This document shows, piece after piece, positions 26,501 through 40,700 of a DNA stretch of 64,000 bases. The stretch spans positions 7,440,001 through 7,504,000 of the forward strand of contig NC_087261.1 of assembly GCF_037042905.1 (NCBI RefSeq). The letters run 5' to 3'. A program made the position numbers and the translations under genes. The notes beneath the pieces are model-generated. The model made no database searches. It saw only the letters and a list, made by a program, of their open reading frames with translations, and had not been told where the DNA came from. Position 1 is the first letter of the stretch; each line of letters starts with the position of its first letter. Source of the stretch: Lytechinus pictus. Taxonomy: Eukaryota.

Positions 26501-29500
26501 GCTGTTTCAAAATGATGACGATATAATCCGTTACTACAGAATAGCAACAACCTGAAAAAGGAAAAGGAAATGGAGCCATTAAACCCTTTTTGTTTATGTT
26601 GGTTGTTCACTTTATGTTAATAACATAAAAATATGGACCATTGCGAGCAAAGATCAATAACGGTTAGTTACTTTCAAATGCCATCAACCTACGGAACAAA
26701 ACAGAGTATACTCATTTACAAACTGTTACCCTTTAATAAATAAATAAATACATAAATAATTAAATGAATAAATCAAATAAATACATAAAAAAAGGAAGAG
26801 AGAGAAAAGAAAGAAAAGAATAAACGAAAAATTATTAAATCAAAACCAGGCATTAGCGATGTTGAGTTTCACCCACTTGTGAAAGTAACCAGAAATGTCG
26901 TGATTTGCGAGGGCATGCAACAGAATTGTATCAAAAGTTCATTGTAAAATATTTGGGATGGAATAACATTTGTCATAAAAGTCTTGCACATAAACTTTAA
27001 TTTTGATCTCAAAATTACCTTTGACCTTACCGTTAGACCTCCGACTGCACCATAACATGCAAGTCTCCTAAGTACAGCTACATCCCAGGTTTGGTTCAAA
27101 AGTGACTTACGGTTGCGGAGTTGTGTTTCATAAGAGATTATTGCATGTAAACTTTAACGTTGACCTCAAAATGGCCTTTGATCTTACCATGTAACCTCCG
27201 ACTGCAGCATGACATGCAGGTCCCCTAACTACATCTACCATCCAAGTTTGGTTGAAAAGTGACTTATGGTTGTGGAGTTATGTGTCATAAGAGAGTCTTG
27301 AACGTAAACGTTAACGTTGACCTGAAAATGACATTTGAACTTACAATGTGGCCTCCAACTGCAGCATTACATGTAGGTCCCCTAAGTACATCTACCCTCT
27401 AAGTTTGGTTGAAAAGTGACTAACGGTTGCATAGTTATGTGTCATAATGTTTGTGACGGACGGACGGACGACACTTTGATCCCTTAGTCTCGCCTTCACC
27501 TCTGGTGGGCGAGACATTAAAAACGAACGTGGTAAAAATAACAATAAATAATTGTTAAAATGATAACAAAATCGAGGAATGAAGACTTAAAACATAATGA
27601 TAATAATAACAATAATAAAAAAAGGAGCGTTGCCCACTACCACACTTCATTCCTCCCTGTACCGTCCTCTGTATCATATCATGTACAGTGGCGTAACTAC
27701 GGGGGGAACATGGGGGCACGTGCCCCCCCCCCCCCCCCATCGGCTGGCAAAATAAACGGGGAAAATGAGAAAAAGAGGGAGAAAGGAAGAGAAACCTAGT
27801 GGGAAAGAAGAAATTATTGTTCATTATAATTATAATTGTAATTATGTTATGTTATATTACATAAGAATTTTTTTTTCATAATTTTATGAAATATGATTTA
27901 CTCAGGGCCTATGTCTTCATTGTTGCTTGTGCTCGCATTGTCTGTTTAACGACATACATATTCCTGTTGTACTAAGACCTCCCGTTATATACACCAAATA
28001 TATTTTCTCGCACTTTTCGAGTTATAAGTTTCGAGTTTTAAGTAGTGACATACGCTTCTTTTTCATGACTACATAAAGTGATTGCCCCATTTTTAGGTCT
28101 TAATATAAAACATTTTCTGTCCGTGCTTACGTTCGCATGAGTGGATTGTGATATATGTCTGCTCTTCATGAATTCCTAAAACCAGTCCTTAAAATGCCCT
28201 TTTCTAATCTGAATATCAAAAATTTTCAGCTCACGCCTCGCGCTCGCATCATTTGGTTAGTGAAATACGTATGGTTTAAGTGAAATCTTACAAACAAGCC
28301 TTAGAATGCCCCTCTTCATGTCTGAATTTCCTAAATTTTCAGCTCGCACTTCGCGCTCGCAATATTTGATTAGTGAGATGCGTATTTTAATCATGATTAC
28401 AATGACTACAAGTGCTTCATGTGTTTAGATGTAATTCTAACAAAATCAGCATGCGCTTGGCACGAGTTCGCATTAGTTATGTATACTCTTAAAGGATTCC
28501 TAAAAATAGTCCTTAAAATGTCCCTATTTGGGGTCAATATATATAAAAATTTCGGCTCGCGCTTCGCACTCGCATTGTTTGTTTAGCGAGACAGTTACGT
28601 ATCATGATTAAAAAAATTTGCTTATAATGTCCCTTTTTAGGTCTAAATATCGACAATTTTCAGCTCTCGTTTCGCGCTCGCATTATTTGATCAGTGACAT
28701 ACATATCCGTTTAGTGGCACTGTCCTTAAAATATCTCTATTAGTTCAGTATACCTACTAAGTGACTCAAAATTTTTGCTGGTGCCCCCCCCCCCCAATGC
28801 CGTGACCCACGGTACACCACTAATCATGTATACTTTTAAAGTTTATTTCTGTAGGAAGACAAATAATGACCTATTTAAAAACAATTTTTTTTCAGTCACT
28901 TCATATCAAATTCAGCATATTTTCCTTTATTGTTCTTTCCTTATTTGTTTTTGTGTGGGGGTGGTACATTATCATATGATTGAAGTAAACAACATTACAA
29001 TCAGTGCAGCTTACCTGATATGAGCATGCATAGTCCCATGGTCCAAGCTGTTTTGGCAAATGCTGTAGCTACCAGAGCTAACCCGGACATGAAGCTACCA
29101 CAAACAGTTACCAACCTGCCATTCAGTCTATGGATGAGTAGGTTAGATAGCGGAGCTATTAAAGGGTATCATACCCAATTTAAAAAAAAATGATTTTAGA
29201 GGAAAAGGAAAATCAGACAAGTTCATAGGAGAAAACAATACCGGACAACCAATAAAAAGTTGTGAATTGTTAAAAGTTGTAAATATTGGTAATCACTATT
29301 ACCCAAAGGAGACTTCAAATTGGCCGCAGATGTGATGTCATAGTCATGATAGTGATGTAAGGCAAGGACTACTCTTCCTTGTACTCCTATACATACAATT
29401 GCTAAAATGTCATTTTTTCCCCAAAAGTTGTAATTCAAATTATATGTTTATTTGATGAGGACATAAAACAATATACTACCTGGGTTATATTTATATAATA

Positions 29501-32500
29501 TTGACTGGCCTTGAGGGGAACATCAATATATTGCCAGCAAAATAATCATATTGGCCCGAGTCTTTAGACGAGGGCAATATGGGTCTTTTAAGGGCATTAT
29601 GTTTGATGTTACCCGAAAGAAGAGCCAATGAATATTCTTTATTATCATTCAAATCAGATATCTAGAGCAAAAATCGTGATAATGGTGATATTTATTTTAA
29701 GAATAGAGTCCTATCGTGCCATGTTAATATCAGGGTCTAGGCTCTGCACTTTACCATTACGACGTAATTGTAAGCGCGCATAGAGACCGGGGAAAATACA
29801 AATAATATACCTATCCCTTCCGGGTATTAAAAAAAATGTAGGGCAATATGGTTTGTAAATGACCAGCTCAGATGTCTGATACTAGTGATAATTAGATATA
29901 CTGCCCCGCGGGAATGGGTACTTTGAAGAAAGCCTTAATCAAGTACTTTGCCTATCCATACATGGTATATTGTTTTATTGATATTTTCCACCATGTACAC
30001 ATGGAAGAACAAATACAGATTATTGATTTTAATATCCTAAATAAACCCTCTTTAATTCTGTGTCTGGACTATTTACGCGCAGATTATTAAAACATAACTT
30101 TGGCAGATTAGGCCTTGCTGTGTCGATTTAATAAAATATCAACAAAATCAATAGAAATTGCAGTTTTAGGAATTTTCATTTGTACATTTGAAGGAAAACT
30201 TATTATGTTTGCTTGGATTTACAGAATCACTCATATATAGCAGTATACGACAAATCTTAAATAGCCATCGCGGAAACTGTCGTTCCAAAATGAATGATGT
30301 CGCTTCCAACCATTAGCCAAGAATTCTCAGTACTTTTCAGGTACTTCTCATAGACAAGATAACATAGATGCACACTGTTTATTTTAACTACAGCTCATAA
30401 TGGTTATACCATCTCAAATATCACCATATTTTATTTATTTTATTAAAACCAACCTACCACTGAAATTGGCAAATGAGGACTTTTTTTAACAGAACTCACC
30501 CAAGAGATATAATACTGCGAGTTGTGATGTGATGATAAAGCCTATTGTTGCATGACTTGTCTTTAGTTGAACTGCAAGAAATGGTATGATGACGCCGTAC
30601 GATTTCAACAGCCCAATGAGGAAAAATCTCAAACTAGAACATGAAAATAGTACAACAAAGCGCCATGGTTCCAGCCTACTCCTGTTTAACTCGTTCCTAC
30701 AAAATCGTCGGGACATTTCTTCCAACCAAGTCGGTGCTCAACACGGTGAATAAAACTCTGTGTTCATTACTCCCTCTCATAAGGACGAATAACACCAATG
30801 CGTCGATTTAGAAGTACTGGTGCATAAGTGATGAGGGGTTGTTACAACCGATAATCCCGACCTTTCGTTGGAGAACGCGAACGCTTATTTACGACGGTAG
30901 TTGATTTTGGAAGAGACTTTTTTGGCCCGTCGTGATGGTCGTAAAACCCCGTCCTGCAATGCAAATTGTGTGACATGAGATTTTTTTTTCGTTTCGCATC
31001 TGCAACGGAAACATTCAATATGCGTTTCATGTGCAAAATTCTGGTTGCTACTATGGTAACATCGATATATCCGATTTAGGACGAGTTTCCAGAGCCACAT
31101 TTGGTTCCTCCCAGAGCTCGAGAGGCCGCCCGGGGGGCCACTTCCATTGACGAGTGGATACCAGCCGCGACCACGTGTAAAAGGGGACAGAGTGGGCAAG
31201 TACGTTACGTATAGGCCTACATGTATGTAACGTTATAAGGGTGTCAAAAGGATATATTTCCAATACTTGTAGGATTTCACAAGCCAAATACTTGTTAAGA
31301 GATGCATTTTCATAATCTGGAAAAGATTTGCTTCCCTTGTTTAGGGTGTTTTTCGAAACTCCATGGTCGTGCCTGGTATCCACTCATCAATGGAAGTGGT
31401 CACCCGGGAATTTGAATCTAATCCCCCATTTCTGGGGAAAGTAAAACATAATGCCCATTACATTGTGTGCTAGAGGCATATCGTTTGTGTAGGAGTAAGC
31501 AAAAGAAAAAAACCCACAAATTTGGCTTGTGTTCAGACGTTTAGCATGTTTAGGCCTATTGCCTATGCCGTAAACATATCAACGCATGCGAAATTGTTTC
31601 GGCTGGAGAGACGATCTGACCCATGGAATCAATTGCCAGTGATCCACCAATAATCCACATTAAATGCAATAACGATTCGATGGACTGTAATGATCTATAT
31701 CTAAGCCTTAATTCAGTAACTTTTTCCTCACTCAATATGTACTCGATTTGTTTGAAAAGCACTTTCTTATCCATGTCATAATCTATTGTAGGCCCTGCAT
31801 TTCGAATATCTCCAGCCAGCTGTCATAGTAGAGGCTCGTCGCCGGCTCAGGGGGCATATACGATGATGACCATCAGTCGTAATTTACATGCATGTATGGT
31901 GCGGGTGTCGCGGGAAAGAATTTTGCACACGAAAAGCAGATCTGTAGGGCCTGTAACCCCCTGTAACACAAAGCTTACCAATGATTGTAGAGCAGTTTTC
32001 TACGTTTGATTCTATTGACTTTTTTGTACAATTAATCTTAAAAATCAAGTGTATGATTAAGCGATAACCTTTGTGTTAGGGGACTCTAATATTACCGTCC
32101 GTGATGTTTGCGAAAGGTGGCTAATGTCGCACCAACGCATAATGTCGCAGATTGCGACATTAGCCACCTTTCGCAAACCTCACGGACGCTTATATTAGGG
32201 TCCCCTAACACAAAAGTTAACGCTTAATCATAATTAGGTGAACAAAATCTACACTATTGTGGTTTCAAGGCTAAAATAAAAAATCGGGACAAATAACAAG
32301 GATGGTCAGTTTTCTTTTTCTTCGTAAAAAGTCCAAAGCGACTTCTAAAATTGCGTAAAAATTACTGCTGTCTCCTAATCATGAAACCATAGGAGAGTCC
32401 TAAGCACTAAAATGACGTGTCTTGAAATACTTATCAATGAATTACGGAAATTTTAGGTGAAAGTGTACCTTATTTTTGAAAGTTTGTTTTTTGGATATTT

Positions 32501-35500
32501 ACTTATTTTTGCACCATCATCTAATTATGTCACTAACTCTTGTAAAACATATCTTTATGAGTCTTAAAAACAGAGACACCAAAATAGTGGTACTAGATGG
32601 GATATGAAGTATTATCATGTTTGTATCAATGGTGGCCAATTCGAATGGAATTTTTGGAGCGTTCTTCCATTTTTTGACAAAATAGACAACAGCGTATCCC
32701 AGTAGTTCGTCTTAACCTTTTTTTTTACCCTTGAAATCATGAGAAAGACACAAAAATGTCTCTAGGTAGATAGTATATGCACTTTGCAGCAAATTTTTTT
32801 AGAAATGGCAACTATTTCTTAAGCCATCATCATTTTTTTTTCAAAACTGCACTTCTGATAAACCTTGAAATTTGACCAACGTAATTTTTCCCTTTTTATT
32901 TTTTTCTCGGTAGACCTTAAAGTTATTAATAATAATATAATAATAATAATTTTATATACCACAAAATCGCAAAATTGCCTCTAAGCGGTTAAGAGAAAGG
33001 AAAATGAAGTATAAAGGAAATAGAAATAGAAATACTTTGCACAACAAAATGTATCAAAACTAATATTACAATTTACAACTTTCTCACCAGATCATGAATA
33101 AAGAAATACCATCAAATGGGCCAATAAACGTATGATATGATCAATTTAAGATCAACATATGATATGATCAATTTAAGATTATTATATGAATTTGGACCAT
33201 TTCAAAGTTACAACATCCATTATAGACGCCATTTTTGAAGGTCATCTTGGATTCTCTGACACACTCACTATCTTGTCCTGATTCATTATTTGCCTTGAAA
33301 GCTTTTTTGATGATTTTGATTTTGATGATTTATTTAATTTTTGGAGTTGATGGTATACAGCGACTGCCGTTTTGGACGCTATGTTGGATTCCCGGGTACC
33401 CTTGACGACCTTTTGTAGCTATAACCTGTCTCAATAGACTTTGTTTAATCCTAATTTCATGAAATAGACATCTATAACCTAAAAGTTATGACATTCCAAA
33501 AACTTAACCTCGGTTAAGATTTGATCTTGACTTCGCCGCGCCGCCATGGTCATCGCCGCCGTCGGAAAAGCGACGTCCATGTCTTTCTTCTGCTATGCAG
33601 GCGAGGAAAAAATGGCGGACACGTTAAAAATATCACAATGTGATTATGCCAGCATCGCCCCTAAATTATTAAACATTTGGCCATATCAATCAGCAGCTGT
33701 GAATCATGGCAGCCATCTTGGAATTAAAGATGGCTGACGAATTAATCGGACACATTATGTTTGCAACACTGGGTATCAAAAATAACGCATAGACCCAAAT
33801 TTCTGAAATATAATCACCCATAAAAATCGTTTAATATAGGAAACTGCATTAAAAATGCCGCCATTTTGTTTTTTGCCGATTTGAGTCAGAATCAAGTTTG
33901 ACAAACAGCATTTTGGATTCAGCACCCCTGAATTACCTTAAAACAATTGATAAATCAGCATTAACACAAAATGCCTAAAGCATTTTTTCTGAGCACATTT
34001 AAAAAAATCTGGACCTGACTATCCGGAAAAAAGGTGGTTTTGTTCCGTTTATTATTTTTTATTCGGTTTAACATAAGATATCTCGGTTGAACGGATCGAT
34101 ATTGTCAGGAATCTGGAATCATTGTAAGCTAAAGAAACATACTCTATGACGTCTGGAAAAATTGATGGAACGAAAAATGACGAGGGGGGAGGAGGGGGAG
34201 GAAGAGGTACACATAAAGTCTATATGACAATCACGTTTCATATTTTAAGCATGAATAAATTTGGTATACAGCGGTCTAGATACTTAATGTTGGTCTTATT
34301 TTAAAGCTTGAAGTGAGAACTATGAAAATCCAACTCTCTATAGAATTTGTTTCGATTAAGTAATTTTAATGACCGATAAATAATTTTAAAACCCTAAAAC
34401 TTTTCATTAAAAACACAAAAAAATTCGCATAGGAACAACTTATGACGTGATTTTTCGGCTAGATGGAGATGCATTATTATGACATATATGTCATTTGAAA
34501 GCTGAGTATAAGCTGCATTAGGGGTGATAGTAAAAGCTTAATTGTATGCATTTAGATTTGAGTCAATTTGCTCGATATAATGAATAAAACAAGGGTTATT
34601 AAAAAGGGGTGGTAGAAGCGGTACACATTGCATGCAACGGTATGGGATTGTTGTATTGCTAGTAATAAACATAAGAAACTTTGGCTTCCAAGGGGCTCTA
34701 CTTTTGATTTTGGTCTCATTTTACAGCTAAATATAACAGGTATAATAGTATACCTCTATACACAGCATACATTTATCAATTATAATTTATAAGAAATTCA
34801 AGGTAAAATCTATTTCCAAATGTTGGTTTTCGATATTTGAAATTAACATAAATTTGCATATGATAATTGCCTTGATCAAAATACTGAATCTCCTTAAGTC
34901 ATATATCATTATTTTGAAAGGGAATCTCATCAGCAGTACAAATCTGATAACTATTAAATGATGGGCAAAGATATAAAAAAAATGTGGATGTCTGAAATAA
35001 AGTATATTCGGGGTTCTGAAATTTGAACATTTTCATTCATAAAATGTGAGCAGACCACCCTACCTCCTTTTTAGTGCCATTCTTGAAATCCCCATGAGAT
35101 TTCCTTTCAGAAAAAAGTGTACTTTTGTATGGATAGGGTGAATGTATTCAAAGTTATGGACATTTTTATACCGATAGGTACGCTATCGTTAGATTTGGGC
35201 GACGTGACACGAGTCAAGACGTATGACCGTTATTAGAAATAACCGCAAAAGAATAACTAGTTGATATCAAATCCATTTCCACAATTGGCCAGCGTCCCTC
35301 AGAAAAACACGTGGGCGCCAAGCGATTTGTGGTAAACAAATTCATGAATAGAATAGACCATGAATAATAGTTCAATTGTAGTAATATCAATTTCATTCGT
35401 ACAAAAGTGCATTTTCCGCTATAATACTTGTTATAGGCTGGTTTTTAGAAATAGAGATTTTTTTTTTATTCAACATACTCTCAGTGTGGTTTGTATTCTA

Positions 35501-35713
35501 TCGTATTTTGAAATATGATCGAACTTGTCCTTTATTAATGAAAGGTGATATTAGACTAAAGTTGTAGATTCAAATTATGCAAACAAAAATTGATGAACCT
35601 ACAAACTTTTTTTGTAAATTCCTTATCTTTTAAAAGCCTTTATATCAGCTAGGAATCTATTCCAAGCCAAGAGATAGAGAAAAAAGCTCACCCAATATAT
35701 AATTTTTTTTCTA

Positions 35714-35744
<31 letters not shown>

Positions 35745-37698
35745 CTCCGGTGGCAGGGTGGGTTATCCCTTCTGCAATAATGATCTTTATTAAAGCATCA
35801 AAACATTCTTGGCAGCCAAAGACTGAATTACAAATGTTTGTACCAGGTATATCGATTGACATATACTTTTGACAGAATAGTATACCAGAAATGTATATAT
35901 ATATATACATATGATTGTGAAGATCAGGGACCTATACATTGCGAGGTGCTTGCTAGTACATATTTGAGAGGATGCTATATGTAGATACAGCGAGAATGAA
36001 GCAATGAGACGTAGCCGGGGTTCATATAAACTTGATGAATTGAACCCCGGCTACGTCTCATTGCTTTATTCTCGCTGTATCTATATATAGCATCCTCTCA
36101 AATATATATATATATATATATATAATGTAAGGGGGCTCTCAGCACAACGAGTAGTGCAGGTACTCATCATTTAGTGTAGATAAACTTGGAAGACATAAAT
36201 AACGACGAGTGAGACGTATCTCTCATGTTTCCTTTTTTATTGCAAGCTTTCGGCCATCATCGGCCTTCGACAGGCCTACAAAAAAGAAATCAGATGGGAC
36301 AAACATAGTATTTACATATATATAAATTAGGTATAATATTGCATGTGTTTATAGTACTACAGAATTACGCTTAGGGGTTTTACATATGTGGTTAGAATAT
36401 GATTAACATTTAAAATTATTTAGTTGAAGTTACCGTAATTTTATTGCTGAACTATCATCGACCTGAGATGGCGGTGTGTTGTCCGATGGGACGGTGACCA
36501 GAAGAATGGTCGTTTGGCGCCTGAGAGGGCGGTGTGTTATGGTCACAGAAATTACAATCGTGGATTACTGGGACTGAGAGTCCGATGGAACAATAGCCTG
36601 TATGGGGTCAGTTAAGTATGTAACATCATCGGAAGTAATAACGGAAAATCAATATAATAACTGGTAACGATGCCATTATTACGATCACCATCATTACAAC
36701 CATCATTAAGTATCATCGGAGTATAGACATTATATCATCATTATACTATATATATATATATATATATACACTGTTGGTCATAATGGTGGAATAATTATTT
36801 TTACCCCAGTTTAGGGAAGGATTTAAAAAAATTATTTATTTCTAATAGATCTAGATAATGGCATACATTCTCAGATTTTATTGAATATTGATTTGCGAGT
36901 GTTTCTTTTGCGTGACTGCTAAATCATATGTGTGCTACTATGCTAATCAGCTAGGGAACCTACGTCCTTAAATCATAATTGACAGTAATGAGGATTAATG
37001 CCTCACAAAAGGGCACTTATATAGCTAATCGACACGATTTTTATCCTGGGGCCTCACAGTAACGAGGCCATTACTTAGCCCCTGAATCATGACTGTACGC
37101 AGTGTTTGCTAGGGTACGCGGCCGCCCCCACAAATCCCCCAAAACGAAGAAAATGCAATAAATTGTCAAAAATTCATTGCAATTTCCCCCCGCCCCCAAC
37201 AGGAAAAATTTCTCTGTGTGGCCATGCCTTGAACCATAATGCATGGCCCTACAGAGGAATTTTTCCTGTTGGGGGCCGGGGGAAAATGCAATAAATTTTT
37301 GACAATTTATTGCATTTTCTTCGTTTTGGGGGATTTGTGGAAGGGGCCGCGTACCCTAGCAAACACTGCGTACAGTCATGATTCAGGGGCTAAGCAATGG
37401 CCTCGTTACTGTGAGGCCCCAGGATAAAAATCGTGTCGATCAGCTATATATCAGTGCCCTTTTGTGAGGCATTAATCCTCATTACTGTCAATCATGACTT
37501 AAGGACGTAGGTCCCTTAGCTGATTAGCATAGTAACACACATATGATGAAGCAGTCACGCAAAACAAATACTCGCAAATTAGTATTCAATAAAATCTGAG
37601 AATGTATGCCATTATCTAGATCTATTAGAAATAAATAATTTTTAAAAATCCTTCCCTAAACTGGGGTAAAAATAAATATTCCACCTTTATGACCAACA

Positions 37699-37775
<77 letters not shown>

Positions 37776-40700
37776 GCCTGGTAACAATGGTAGGCGTATA
37801 GCTTAAATCAAGGTTCCTCAGAGCTACCTGCCCTTAGAAAAATTGGTGATGCCGAAAAAATGTCTCTGCCGGGAATCGAACCCTGGCCCCCAGATTAGTG
37901 GTGAGGGTCGGGACCATGGTCAGGGGAGCAAGAGGACCAAAAATATTACGCCATTTCCTTTTTTATAATTTATACAAAATGGGTACCTTATATAAGCGCT
38001 ATAATGCCCTCCTTATACATGTGATAGTTTATATTTATGTCTTCCTCCTTTGCTTTGCTTTTCTTTTAATTTGCTATTTTTCATTATATTTATTTCACTT
38101 TTGTATTAGGAGTTACCATCACCTTTGTCACCTTCGAATACATGTACAAATTATGTTATGACAGAAATCAAATCTAATGATATACCGGGTCTCAGTCTGA
38201 AGAGTCTTGTAGCGCGCAAACACAGGAACAATATGAAACTTTAGATCATTCTATATCCTCAAGCTTGTCTTCAGTATATTTCTAGACTATAACATCGCAT
38301 TTAAACTAATAAGAAAATCACCATACCAGCAAAAAATTTCCAGGATGCTCTTGTTTCTACTTACGTACTCCTCTTCTGCTTTTTTGTGTTGTTGGGATAA
38401 AGAAATAAGTATCAAATCGGTTTATTGAACCCAGTTATAGACCTACATGAATGTTAAAACAAAATTAGTTGGGGACAGACTTCATAGATTTCGGAAATGT
38501 TCATTTAGCAATACCATTTTTTACGAGTCTGTCCAGCCTCGATAGAACAGTTTATTTTCGTTTTTGTTCTTAAAGTATGTAGCATTCCACCAGATTTCTT
38601 TATTGAAGACAAGAAACTATTTTATTTACACCATATTGTTATTGTTTTACAACAATTATTTATTGAAATCCCTGTATGAAACAGATGCCAATGCAATAAA
38701 ACTGATTATCGAATATACTGTCATAAATATATAGATTGAATAAACAAAAGTAATGCTATCATTTATTTTCAGTTTAAACTGATTTTCTCTAAGATTTATT
38801 TTCATCCATGTTATTCATTATTTTGCGTTTCTAACAGATTTCTATTCTGGGAAAAAATATGACATATCGATAACGTGGCTTTATATTTCTTCTTTTGCAT
38901 TTATCGCTCATAATACCCCACTTTTTTTTTCTTCAAGCCAGTTATTAAAAGTAACCGATTTATGTTATTCCTTATGTTTCCCCTGTGCATACTGATCTTG
39001 CTCTCAAAACATTTACTCATACTGGGCCTTCAATTCCTTTTTGGAACAATTTAGACAGCGATATAATTTAATCGCCTTCTTTGTATTCTTTTAAACGTAG
39101 ACTGAAAAAGTTGCTTTTACAACCGTATGCCTGTATGTAGTAATCACATTACTCGAGTGACTATCATGTAGACCACTATACTGTATTCATATTTCTTCAC
39201 TTTGATCTATCTTCATTGCGTTAGGAGTTTCTGATTATTATTTTTTCTGGGAACCTATGATTACGAGCTTTGTTTTTTAATAGGTTCTTCATATTTCACG
39301 TTATTCAATTCAATTCAAATAGTAGTGAATAGAAGTGAATGCAATCATTTTCATTATGTTCTTATTTGTTCAAGATGTATTTACTTTAATGGAATGTGAA
39401 ACAATAAAAATAAAAAAAATCAAATCATATACTTTGGTTGACACAGGAAGGCTTGAAGGTTACCCGACGTCCCAAATTCCAAGGGATGGTCCCGTATTTC
39501 ACCCATGTGTCTCGTGTCCCATACGACCCTGCTGGGGATGTCATTTTTCCCGCGTTTCTCGATTTTGAACACATTTATGCGAGAATTACCATGCATTACA
39601 TTTTATGCGTAATATACAATAAACCAAATTGATTCATGTTTATCTGAATCAATCATGCATTGTTTGCGAAATCTTCGTGAAACCTATTGAACATGTAGAG
39701 AAAAGGTTCGTTATCAGCTGTATGAACTCAAGATGAATTTGTGTATGTGTGTGAGGATTTGAGTGCGTGCGCCTATTATAGAAGACCTTTAACATTAGCC
39801 TTAAGTCCGTTAAGTAGTTCATAACTCATTCTATTATTTGGATCAGTGACGTAATAACCCAACCCGTTTTCGTAATATTACATGCGTATGTGGGAAAATA
39901 GCTAAAAATTCGCGAGAGAGCAAACAAATTTGCGTGCATTGACCATGTTGACCCAATGGGTGAAGTAGGGTTCGGTGTCTGTTTTAGATTCGTCTTTAAT
40001 CACAAGATTGTATTATATGATTTGATGTCATGTTCTATATTTTATTGGTTTTTCAGGTGCTTCCTTGCGAAGATGCCTAAGATTGGTGGTTTGCTATGTC
40101 CCATTGGTGTGATCATCGTAGCAAACATCGTCATCTTTACCATGGTTGTCATCAGACTCGGGCGAACCATACGGACAACATCACCCAAAAGGGAAAGTAT
40201 CATCATGCGTGTCAAAGAAGGTCGGCAACGATTGCAGAAAGCCATCTGTATTTTCCTTCTCCTAGGACTCACCTGGTCATCGGGGTATCTTCTCCTCATC
40301 GGCACCGACTTCAATCAGATCTTCCAGATCATCTTCATCGCCTTAAACTCCTTCCAGGGATTCTTTATCTTCGTCATCTATTGTCTTCGACAGCGCGTCG
40401 TACGGGCCGAGCTGAGCAGGATGTGTGGTTGTGGAGAATCCAAGAAACGACGAAGTATCTCGCTCTCCAGTGCCAGTCAACGGGAAGAGACGGTGAAGAC
40501 CCGTCATACTGAGATGCAGTCGACGACCGTCGGTCCATCCTATCAGGGCATCGAGCTCGAAATATCAGATGCTGAAGATGCTGTAAGTCAGCCGAATGGA
40601 GGAACCAGTAGGGAAGCAGGGGATTGTACAGAACTGGAGCCTGGTCGACCTGATAGGGAAAGGGGAACACGAAAGAGCTCTGCACATCCAGTCAGGCAAA

